The position numbers and the translations under genes were made by a program. The notes under the pieces are model-generated. The model had not been told where the DNA came from. It worked only from the letters and a program-made list of their open reading frames with translations, and searched no databases. Positions 52,801-64,000 of a stretch of 64,000 nt of DNA are shown one piece after another. Source of the DNA: Mytilus edulis (Eukaryota); the NCBI RefSeq assembly GCF_963676685.1, contig NC_092346.1:39432001-39496000 (forward strand), written 5' to 3'. Numbering within the stretch: position 1 is the stretch's first letter; each line of letters starts with the position of its first letter.

Positions 52801-55800
52801 AGACAATAAAAAAGAGCGAAAGTCGAACAAAAAAGACAACACGTGATCAAAGGCAATTAAGTAATTTACCAGTGTCACAACCACAAGAAAGAGGACTGGA
52901 CCATTGCTACAAGCAGAACTTATAAATGAATATCTGTTCCGATTTGGAATAACCAAATCATTTTGACGTCCGTAAACTTCGAGCGAGTGCCTTATACTCG
53001 GCGTTTCTTCAAACTTGCAAAGGCTTCCTTGTTAACATAAACCCTATACAAAGCAAATCATGATAAGAATTGAAGACACAATATTTCTATTAATTAGGAG
53101 ATTTATACTCCAAATGCAGGAGATGATGGAATGATGTTACAAACAAACGGAAATTTTATAAACGGGTAAATGCAACAATAAAAAATATGACAAATAAGGT
53201 TACTAATCATTGAATAAAGATAGGGGCATACTCATAACATAAGGTCATTTATAAATTGTAAAAAGGGAAGATGATGACAATTCCTTGGTAGAAACTCTTA
53301 GCTTGAATAAACAAATTGCTCGTGTGATAGAATTTTACCGTATTTTTAGAAGCTTGGGGTGAAGTAGCATAAACAGTATACATAGTTTTTAAAATCAATT
53401 GGTAGCATTTATTAATTAAAGAGCAAACAAAAAATGGAAAATAAAAATGGTAAAACGTACTTATCAAACAAAACAATGAATCACGTTAAAAAAATAAACA
53501 TAGTATTCTGTTTCATTTAATAATTGTACGATAGGAATGCTATCTACTACTTTCAGGGAAATAGTAAAATTTTATGTTTAATTTTTAAAATTGATATTAA
53601 TATATAAACAAACTACCATACCAGAGTCTTATTTACATAATTGTCTTTCCTTTTCACCAGACAGTGATACAGCAAAGTCTTGGGCTGGAGCATGGAAACA
53701 GGAAAAACCTGGTATGTTGATAATTTACATTTTATAAAGAATTTTTAGAATTTATGAAAACGATGATAGGAAATGAATTAACTGATTATGAACTGAAAAG
53801 TCAAAAGGGGAGACAATCACAAGGGAACATAACAAAGAGCTGAGAACGAATAAAAAGACAATACCATGATCCAAAGGGAAAAAGATCGTTCAGTTATTTA
53901 AAATTGTCACAACTGCAACAAAGTGGATTTTAACACAATCAGTTGGTAACATGTTTTAATCAAGGCTATTAAATACACACACAAAAAAAACTCGATAATA
54001 TGTATTTTTTTAAAACTGTACAATAAATCACTTAGTTAAAAGGTTAGATAGCTTGTTGTTCGGTGTGAGCCAAGGCCTTACATTGACCTATAATGGTTTA
54101 CTTTTATAAATTGTTATTTGGATGGAGAGTTGTCTCATTGTCACTTACACCGCATCTTCCTAATCTATAGACTAAGTTCTCCGTTTTTTATAACGTTTGT
54201 AAGGTACAGCTGAATTGCAAAACAAAATAGCATGTTTAAAGCCTCGGTCACACCTTACCGGATAGCTCGAACGAACGCCTAACGGATAACTTTTTTTCAA
54301 TCCGTTCATGTCCGTTAGACGTCCGTTCTTATCCGTTAGACGTCCGTCCATATCCGTTGCATGTCCGTTAAGCGTACGTTTTATCCGTCGACGTCCGTTC
54401 TGTCCGTTGGAAAATTTTGAGCATGTTCAAAACTTTGAACGGACGTCTTACGGATAAAATGTCCGTTGAACGTCCGTGTTAGGCGTCCGTTTTGTACGGT
54501 ACTCGTCCGTTTCGTTTCCGTTTTGTATCCGTTACATGTCGGTTCTACATCCGTTGGAGTTCTGGAAAATAAATTCACCAACGGACTTCTACCGGACGTT
54601 TTACGGATAAAACGGATGAGAAACGGACTTCTACCGGACGTATAATGGATAAAACGGATGATGAACGGATCTGAAACGGATAAATGCCAATTGAAAATTT
54701 CGCGTCAGAAATGCCAATTATTGGTATGTCAGATTTCTTAAGGTTCATAAATTCTTATTATTCATGATCGATCTTAGAGTATAAGCACGTCTTCACAATC
54801 AAGCAGTTCTTATTCAGGCCAGACACCGCCCTTTGGCAGAATTTCGAAGAACAAACCAAAACCAGTTACACAGAAACATTTTGAATATTTATGCGATTTA
54901 CATGTATTATTATCGTCGCCTTTGATTTTTTCCGTATATCTTGTTCATCCGTTTTATCCGGTACGCTTCCGTTAGGTGTCCGTTTTATGCGTTACTCGTC
55001 CGTTGGATGTACGTTCGACATCCGTTATGTCCGGTACTCGTCCGTTTCTCGTACGTTGCATATCCGGTGTGTGTCCGTTATGCATCCGTTACACGTCCGT
55101 TTTATTCAGTCAGTACATCAACGGACTCCCAACGGATAACAATTTTGTCAACGGACAACTTTTATTTTCATCCGTTAGGCGTCCGTTCGTGCTATCCGGT
55201 AAGGTGTGACCGAGGCTTAACGTTCTACAATTGTATGAAATAAATGCTATTAACCATTTCATATATTAATTTTCATCAGGCGGTGATATCGCAAAGTCTT
55301 GGGCTGAAGCAATGAAACAAGAAAGACCTGGTAATGTGATACTAAACATTGTGAAGAATTTCTTATGATAAACATTATTATTATTAAATGTTTTTTCTGT
55401 ACAAATTTTACAAAAAATATGTTTATCATAAACTGATAAATAAATAAAGTAAAAATGAAAGGGACAAAAATAAAGAATAAGTCCATGAAAAACTGACAAC
55501 CTCATGTCCCAAAGCGAAAAACAACACAAAGACACACAACAGTGCAAAAGCAAAACAACCCCCCTAATCTTGTTTGGGATTAAGGGCTCCGGAAAATCAA
55601 CAATTAATGCCCTACTAGTGTCACCCATTATGTTGTAATAGCTAAACTAAATTGTTGGTAAATTGCAATAAAAAAAGAATAAGTCGAAGAAAAACTGACA
55701 ACATCATGAGCAAGAGCAAAAAAATAATGAAACGACAGTCACAGAGCAATACCTCCTCAAAAAATCTTGAAGAAATTGTGTGCTACGGAAAAACAATCAG

Positions 55801-58279
55801 TTCATGCTGCATTTATTGAAAGAGGGACGAAAGATACCAAAGGGACAGTCAAACTCATAAATCTAAAACAAACTGACAACTCCATGGCTAAAAATGAAAA
55901 AGACAAACAGAAAAACAATAGTACACACGACACAACATAGAAAACTAAAGAATAAACAACACGAACCCCACAGTAATGCTTTAATGGCAATATAAATTGA
56001 ATATACCCATGTAAATCTGAGACAGTAATCCAAATCAGTATTCGTCCGTAAAGCAGTCTAAGGGATTACTTTTACTGGATGTATTTAAAGTCTACCTTGT
56101 TATCAGCAACCCATTATCAAATATACCAGGATACAACATACACGACCTGAATAATCGTGTCAACTAGGAGATATATACTCCGTCTGCAGGCGCTGCTGAA
56201 TTGATGCTACAAAGAAATGAATAATTCACAAACTTAATAATGAAATCATTGCTTGAAAACAAGTCAACTAAAATACAATGAAAGTATTAACAAATATACC
56301 AAACTCCTAGGTAAATTAAATACAGAGAGAAGTCCACAAAAACCTAACAAATTGGCTATAACAACGAAAAGAATGGAAAAACAATCGTAAAATTTCTCTC
56401 TTGGTACCAGCATCGTTTGGATTCAAACATAAATCGTTAAAACTCTCTCCGTGAAAATAATTTAAAAACACTTCGACATTTAATCGTCAAAGATCTTAAA
56501 GATATGAAAACAAAATAAATCACTATTATAGTATTCGCAAAACCGCAATTCATTGGAACGACGAATGAAGACAAAGGTAAACGCAGATCTAAAGTTCATG
56601 TTTGACATTTATTTTTTATTGATGGAAATAAGTCAACTGATATGTGACGTTTGTATTGAGTATAAAATATTTCATAAATCAAATATGGTTCAAATGAAAG
56701 GCAATATTTTGATTTATCTTAAAGTGTAAATGTTAATCGTTTGAATATCAATTATTTCAAATTCACTGGAATGATAAGATGCATAATATAAAATGTGGAT
56801 TATCAATTTCAGTAAATAGTTATCAAAGGTACCAGGGTTATAATTTAGTACGCCAGACGCGCGTTTCGTCTACATGAGACTTATCAGTGACGCTCAAATC
56901 AAAATATTTATCAAGCCAAACAAGTACGAAGTTGAAGAGCATTTAAAATCCAAAATTCCAAAAAACGTTGTGCCAAATACGGCTAAGGTAATTTATTCCT
57001 AAGTAACATCATGAATATTTCTAACAATGCATTCAAATTAGGATATATGGTTATGAAATAATTTTTATATTATTCTGTTTTTCCCTTCCTACAAATATGA
57101 ATTAGTCAATTTTAATGTTCAAAAGTATTTTGGTTATCTTAAATATTCAAGTATTTTTATTATCTTTTTATCATCGAAAGGTGTACCAGAAAGTAAAGCT
57201 TCCATTACCGACAGGGAAGAAAAAATGACACAAGAAACAGGTACGTTTATTCTATGTTCTACATTAATTTTTAAGAGGAAAAATGTTCAAAGTTAGACGT
57301 GTAAAATTTGCTACGTTCTTAAAGTATTTCTGTATTGACCTCAAAACAAAAAAAAAACCCAAAAAATAATTAAAAAAGGACGAGTGAATAAAACATGGGT
57401 TGCTATATAACAATGCCAAGGTCTATCAAAATTGCAAAAAAATAAACAAAAATCAACGATGAGCATAAGACACAAAGTTGTAAATAACTTTGCAGAATAT
57501 ATCGTTTGGAATTTATAATTATACACTTTTCGCCCATATAATATTTTCTGTTCAGTGCTTTTTGAGAATTATTAAAAAAACATAATTTGGTTTTTTAGTG
57601 TACATTTATACAATATTGTATTGTAAAACATGCATATATTTACTTTAATCTATTCTTGTGAATTACCGAATCAATAATAATTTATTACTTAAAAAAAATA
57701 GAGACAAATATAAACAAACGTAAATGTAACACATCTGATGTGACACAAATACAATTATAAAAATATAGTTATTTTATACTGGTATATTTACACCATATTT
57801 CATCAGACCAAACACGATTGTCTTAAAAAAAGATTAATCTATACTACCACTAAGATTCCGAGTTGAAATATTTTTAAGATAAAGTGAAGTTTCATCTTGT
57901 AAATAACCTAAAATATAAGGCAACAGTAGTATACCGCTGTCCAACATTAATCACACCATCGTTTTCAACTTAAAAAATCACTGCACCAGCTGGTCAATTA
58001 ATTGCACTGAAATAGAAATAATACAATAAGCCGTCTTCAAATTTCCTGAACTACCTGGTCAACAAATTAACAAGGTTCAGACACTAGTCTTGCTTAATCA
58101 ATTTGACTCTTTTGTTGTGTACATGTTTCTGATACCACTGCATGCTATTTTATTATTAATATTTTTAGTTTAACAATATTAAAAGTTCTTATGTATTTTT
58201 AGATGAAAACAGCTTTTCCAACTCCTCTAGAATTCTGTCAGAGATTATTGCAATGTTACAGAAGTTGAGGAACCCATAG
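49842..58279 (+). CDS. G6: micro-exon gene (5' exon not found) with an FDPNK exon and Trp-rich W-x3-W repeat exons, at least 193 aa
   Basis: Exons 49842-49904 (FVPGDLGFLGKFDPNKYFQN), 50140-50196 (SINNKKAWKQTWDGSWPNK), 51696-51824, 52208-52249 (EEKDKVKTWDGSWP), 52646-52696, 53661-53711, 55280-55330 (xxxxAKSWAGAWKQEK-like), 57181-57240 and 58203-58279 (stop, AATAAA at 58283). All phase 1, GT-AG, no internal stops. Confidence 0.8.
51163..51480 (-). mobile_element. Retrozyme-like monomer with a variant hammerhead (51163-51204)
   Basis: Minus strand GUGUUC-CUGAUGA-AGGUAAAUCUA-GAAA-AGCGCU-UC^GGACGC; the rest of the unit shares the CTGACTACTG(G/A)GCTG(G/A)TGATACC...CCACCAG...ACCCAGTG block with the 343-bp repeat. 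Confidence 0.65.
54240..55217. mobile_element. Complete ~980-bp Harbinger/PIF-like non-autonomous DNA transposon in a G6 intron
   Basis: ~45-bp TIR AGCCTCGGTCACACCTTACCGGATAGC.. / ..GCTATCCGGTAAGGTGTGACCGAGGCT; TAA TSD; dozens of TCCGTT/AACGGA subterminal motifs. Confidence 0.85.
56815..57000 (-). mobile_element. Retrozyme-family fragment with a mutated hammerhead (56850-56893)
   Basis: Nearly identical to 45005-45180, but the core reads CUGAUAA (G8 to A). Confidence 0.75.
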
Positions 58280-60839
58280 ATCAATAAACAAAGCTTCTCA
58301 CTGACTAGTATTTCGTTAGGTCAAGACGATTTTATGATAAAGCTACTTTTTTGGTGACTTAATGATAAAAAGCATAAAGCCTATAGTATTATACACGTAC
58401 GTCTGTCAAATAACTTAAAATATTTGTAGGAATTGTTCTTGCGATGAGATGACTCATACACCGACGAGGAAATTTCATTGTCAAATACATAATATGTAAC
58501 AATTTACCAAAAAAACAAATGACAGACATGAACCAACAACAACACAGAAACTACAGGCTCCTGACTAGGGACATACCCATTCATAATGTGGCGGGGTTAA
58601 ACAATGTTACATGTTTGAAGGCGCCAGACAGCCCCCTACCCTGGTTCAATGGTGTAACTATTGTCATCTGTCATAACTGACAACCAAAACGTAAAACTTT
58701 TACAGATATGATTTATCGTTTACCATTAAGAAACCTTGGTTTATAAATAAAAAAAAGGAACATGTGGTATAAATGCCAATGAGACAACTTTCAGTAAGAG
58801 CCCAAATGACACAAAAACTAACAACCATAACCATTCGGCCTTCAGCAATGAGCAAAGCTCATACCGCATGTCAGCCATAAAAAGCCCGTAGTTGAATCTT
58901 TGTAATTACGAATCCTCGATCAAAGAACTCCAGAAATCCTGCTAGGCAACGGCAGTTCCGGAGTAGGTTATTAAATTGGAGACATGTAATCAATATCTAG
59001 AATAAGTACGAATATTTGTGCATGAAAAATATAAAAAATATATAGGAACAGAAAATTAGAATTGGATCAATTCATTACACAAAATCACTTTATGCACTTA
59101 AAAATACCAAGCGTAAAGTAATAACGCTGCTTTCGTTGCTTTTATTACTCTTCTTGAAGTTATCGCTTTTGCCGTTGAGCTTCATTTGTGTTGTAATTTG
59201 TTTCTGGTTAAACTGCTTTAATGTTATCAACATGGTCGCTAAACATAAATATTTAATTTAAAGGCATCAACTTTATAGAGGAATTTGAATTCAGCGGATA
59301 ATGTTTGCTTCTGTGTCGGAATGTCTGCTAAAAGAAACAATTTTATTTTCCCTAGAAATGACAAATATATGACGAAAGTCGTTTACCAAAATATTCCACA
59401 GAGGTTGTAAGCCGAATAAATCTAGTATGATAATAGTCATCTAGATGATGTCAGTTTACACTAATTTAATTAAATGAATTATGGGGAAAGAAAAATAACG
59501 AAAATTCAAATTGGAAATTCTATATCAAATGGAAAAATCAAAAGCTTAGACAAATCAAACGAATGGAAAACAACTGTCATATTCCTGACTTGGTACATGA
59601 ATTTCGTTAACTAGAAAATGGTGGTTTTATTGCTAGTTAAAACTCTCACTTGTAAGACAGTCGCATAAAATCCATAATATTGACAACAATGTGTGAACAA
59701 AACAAACAAACATATTAGGTAAAATGTCAAAAACATGGGTACAGTAGTCAAAACTGTGTTATAAGCTTTATTACTGTAAAACAAACAAAAATGTAAAAAA
59801 AGAAATGGTAAACAATGTCAGAATCTACACTGCAATACCAACGTCGATTATTTCTGAAGTTGATACGGAATATTTATCAACAAGGTATTTGTATTTTCTG
59901 GCGAACCTTTTTTATAACCCTGGTTCATCTACATTCTGCTCAGGGATCGGTGAGATTTACTAAGTATGATTAGTAGCCGCAAGCTCTTTAATACCGATTG
60001 AGTTGGAAAATGTATACCCCATATGCAAGTGGAGACGCCATATTGCTACTTAGGTAGGGACAATTGATCATTTCACAATGAATTGTCTCGTTTGTCTTAT
60101 ATTCTGTACTGAGATGCCCGCTTATGTCAAATTTGAGGCATTAATTAAACAAATTCGTAAGAGTTCCGCGGAATCCAGTGTCTTTACTTTTTCTGTTAAT
60201 CGCAGGCTCAACAAAAACGAGGGAAAAAAATAATAAAGATATTCCTCTCGAGACTAACTTTTGATTGGAAGAAGCTTCTGTCTAAGTTTGGTAAATATCC
60301 AGGATAATTTATGAATCTAATAAATGTTTTGAAAACTTTAACTGCAGACTGTATGACATGTTAACTTGAAGAAAAATAAGACCATTTATAAGTCAAATAC
60401 AGATAAAAAGGTACGAAATTTTAACAAAATTGCCTACTAGATACTAGCTTATGTTCATAAACAAGCTTCTATCTAAGTTTGGTAGAAATCCAGGATAGTT
60501 TAAGAAAGTTATAAGAATTTCAAAAACGTTAACCACAGAGTGAATATAAGTTGAAGCCAACGACGGAATGTGGGATCGCTATGTCTCGCTTTTTCGACTT
60601 AAATCGAAGGATCGACATAAATGCGGCAAGGGAAGCCATGTCTGTTGTTTCTTTAATTTCTAGTTTTGGGCGATATATTAATGGAACCAAATAAAAAAAA
60701 TGCATTGGTAATGAAAAAAACCATCATCAATATATGTAAATGTGAAATAAAAGGATCTGGCTTCCTTGATCTTCTTGTTTTTGACAAGTTATGGAAGGAA
60801 CTTCGACTCATATAAAAATAAGGATAGGTCGACAAGAAG

Positions 60840-61300
60840 AAGGACACAGCTTGTGTACAAAGGAAACTATAGCTCATCTTGATTATCGTATCGACTAAGA
60901 GATGTATGTTCCATACGTAAGTGTTGCTGAAATGTTGATCAATGGAAATAGAAAGTTTACAGAGGAAGTTAAAATCATCTCTTTTGTCATAAAGTTTTGT
61001 TCGTAGCTGACTCCTATCGTCAATGTTTAGATGTAAGTCAAGATATGAAGCAGACTTATCTGTATCTATGGTATCCTGTATTTCAAGTTTGATGAGAAAC
61101 CTTTAACATTGTCACAAAACTTTGAATTGTTTAGTGAGAGGCATTATGAACATTGCGTAACGTAATTTTAAAGGATAATGCTAGCTTCTTTTCATTGCCA
61201 ATAAGAAGCTTCATATGAATGAAAGAAAAGTCTGCAGGGAGAGGATCACTGTTAGTTTGTCCTAAGGCATTTATTGTTTATTGAAAACAAGTCTTCCAAA
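60840..61300 (-). pseudogene. Penelope-like reverse transcriptase fragment
   Basis: Minus strand encodes LEIQDTIDTDKSASYLDLHLNIDDRSQLRTKLYDKRDDFNF, typical of the mollusc PLE RT C-terminal region. Shorter related fragments at ~53050-53170 and ~56100-56240. Confidence 0.7.
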
Positions 61301-61761
61301 TGTTAGAAACACTAAAGCTTCACTCATGAAGCTAGAACAATCGACAATCTAATTAACAGTATACCTGAGAGTTTTTCTATGAAGAAAACAACGTGTTAGG
61401 TATACACATAAGAGACTGCAACCAAAAGACCCCTCCAACACAAAGGTATCAAGGGTGTATACGTTTTTATGTAAAATGTATGATTTTAAACATATAAAAA
61501 GAAGATGTGGTATGATTGCTAATGAGACAACTGTACACAAAAGACAAAAATGACACAGAAATTAACAGCTATAGGCCTTCAACAATGAACAGAGCCCATA
61601 CCGCATAGTCAGTTATAAAAGGCCCCGAAATGACAATGTAAAACAATTCAAACAAGAAATCTAACGGCCTTATTTATATAAAAAAAAAATGAACGAACAA
61701 TAATATACTTTTGCATGGGAAAATAATAATGCAACAATTTTATTATTTCGTAGTGTATTTA

Positions 61762-62767
61762 TTATGCTATAAGATAAGCAGAGAACATACTGTAGTGTTC
61801 AGAATTGCCGAACAGAGCAGTATGACCGCCACCACCTTTCACTGTTACTTTGTCCCCTTTCTTTAAATGTAACACCATGTTAGCAGTAGCCTCGCTGAAG
61901 CCAGTACCAGGATACAATCCAACTGTCTTATTTTCATTCTGCCAAATGCGAACATGCACAGTTTTTCCCTGTGTAGACATGACTGTAGCTGAAACATGGT
62001 ACAGGCCTTCTCTTGCAGCTTGGAAAATTCCCGTTTTAGCATTGTAGTGGTTACCATTGTTTGTCCAAACTTTATCAAACTTTACTACATCATTAGCATT
62101 GATAGTCTGAGAAGCTGATAAAGATGCAGTAAAGGCAGGAATATCTCTCCATTTTCTGTAGTTTCTAAATTCTATTGAAATATAAACTTTTAATTTACAT
62201 TATTCACGTGTTTCTTTCCTAATTTGAAAATTACAATTTCGCATGTTTAATAGAGTAATACTTTCCAACATTTTTGGCCCTGTGCATATCTGTATGGGTT
62301 GTGAAGTTTTGCAGATTTGCACATTTATTTCCTTTGTTTGAATCTATGTGGTTTGGGTTTCAAATTAAGATATTTGATTTGAATTATAAGCAAGGGATAT
62401 TTCATATGTTATGAATGAACATGACCAAACAAAAAGAGTTATCAATCAGTACAGACTTTAATGAGCATCACACTTCAAAAATGTATCGAACTGTTCGTCT
62501 TAAACGAATACTTTTCGGACAAAAGTAATTATTTGAAAAGACAGTACCACCTTCAAAAAAAAATTGACAGAAAGTTCAATAAGTTATATAAACAAGTGAA
62601 ATATCACAAGCTTATTAAGTAAAAACTACGTTAACACATGTTTTCACTTCCCTTATACTTTTTAAATCTATAATCCATTCTACTGTAAACTAATCGTTTA
62701 TAAATAAATAACTTACCTCCTTTATATTTAACTAACATTGCAAAAAGGTCTTCAACTACTGCATTAT
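61762..62767 (-). CDS. C1q-domain-containing protein (C1qDC), 3' exons only
   Basis: Exon 62767-62717 (NAVVEDLFAMLVKYKG) and terminal exon 62171-61762: PAFTASL...VVKFDKVWTNNGNHYNAKTGIFQAAREGLYHVS...LHLKKGDKVTV...YSMFSAYLIA*, canonical gC1q motifs. AATAAA on the minus strand just downstream. Confidence 0.93.
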
Positions 62768-63714
62768 CTGTAAATATAAAATATTATAATATGAAAATAC
62801 TTTTGATTGACAACTGGTAACTGAAAATGTTTTCTTACAGCAGACCGTTTTTTTTTTAATGAAATGTCTTAGAATTAATGAAATCATAATGACATATGAA
62901 ACGTTCATTTACAAAAAAATGTTGATCATGTGTATTGTTTTAAATGTGGTATCTTTAAAAATGGATAATAAACCTACCAAGTTTTGGACTGCAGTCTGCT
63001 GTAGCCATCATCATAAGTTGAAAGAAAACAAGTCCAAAAATAAAGATCATCTTCTTTCTTTACAGGAAAAAACTCAGTTGATACATTGAAACACATATCA
63101 CTTATTTTGTATGAGTTCTTGATACTGTTGTCACCTGTATTTAGATTTCATGACAACGTGTCATTTGTAATTCAATATGGCAAATTGCTTTTTATCACGA
63201 AGCATATTATTTACCTGCCAGGTTGGGCTTAAACCTTTTTCTTGGCAAGTAATGTTTCCATGATAATTATACTCTGTAATATGATGATATCTGAGCTTAA
63301 TTGTGAAAAAATATGCAAATGAGGTGGTTGCATGAAAAACTTGTGATCTGTGTTTACCATCAATAGTTTAAATGATAAAGATACCAAGGGGGCATACTTC
63401 ACTATCATAATAAGCTCTTTACCCAATATGACTCCAGCTTGAATTCAATTCAATGCGTTAACAAGTAAATAAAAGGATCAATCATCGGTACACTGTACAC
63501 AGTAAGAAAACAATTGCAATAGCATATACAGCTACTAAATGATGTCATATACAAACTTTAATCTGACCACTGAATTAAATAAAGTCGCGATAACAACCTG
63601 CTGCACATTTACAAACTTCCAACCAGCAATTTACACATCATTATCGAAGAGAAGTTAAACAATATATGAAATCCGAAAACTTTTATCCAACCATCAATGG
63701 GTAAAAATTAAGAC

Positions 63715-64000
63715 AAAAGAGGGACGAAAGATACCAAAGGGACAATCAAACTCATTAATCTAAAACAAACTGACAACGCCTTGGCTAAAAATGAAAAAGA
63801 CAAACAGAAAAACAATAGTACACATGACACAACATAGAAAACTAAAGAATAAACAACACGAACCCCACCAAAAACTAGGGGTGATCTCAGGTGCTCCGGA
63901 AGGGTAAGCAGATCCTGCTCCACATGTGGCACCCGTTGTGTTGCTTATGTGATTACAAATTCGGTAAATGGTCTAATTCGATAGGTCACATTCATGAAAG
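63715..64000. repeat. Interspersed repeat, same family as 4592-4880
   Basis: High identity to 4592-4880 and 55818-55970. Confidence 0.8.

Noticed and set aside
54381-55243. Several overlapping ORFs
   Set aside because: They lie inside the GC-richer non-autonomous Harbinger-like element and show no transposase motifs.
63708-63932. Hydrophobic ORFs ending SLTVPLVSFVPL (also 4485-4712, 55802-55990, 49411-49656)
   Set aside because: Translations of a high-copy interspersed repeat, not a membrane-protein family.

Overview
AT-rich eukaryotic (intron-containing) genomic DNA. The repeat content, hammerhead retrozyme-type repeats and C1q-domain gene point to a bivalve mollusc, most likely Mytilus (inference). 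The window is dominated by a ~56-kb cluster of six predicted genes (called G1-G6 here) for low-complexity Gly/Ser/Asn/Gln/Met/Phe-rich proteins. Five have an identifiable signal-peptide first exon; that of G6 was not found. All share a recurrent F-[D/N]-P-x motif (FDPN/FNPN). Several carry prohormone-like processing signals: C-terminal FGK-stop, G-RRRR-Q, G-KR and VR-Q. G5 and G6 are built from symmetric phase-1 micro-exons, and G6 carries duplicated Trp-rich W-x3-W exons. A partial C1q-domain gene lies at the right end. Mobile DNA includes a complete tRNA-in-LTR TRIM (Helenus-type), hammerhead-ribozyme retrozyme repeats, Harbinger- and Kolobok-like MITEs, Helentron/HINE-like elements, a Tc1 transposase relic and Penelope-like RT fragments. 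Gene models were built by eye from GT-AG sites, reading phase and ORFs, and are not validated by transcripts.
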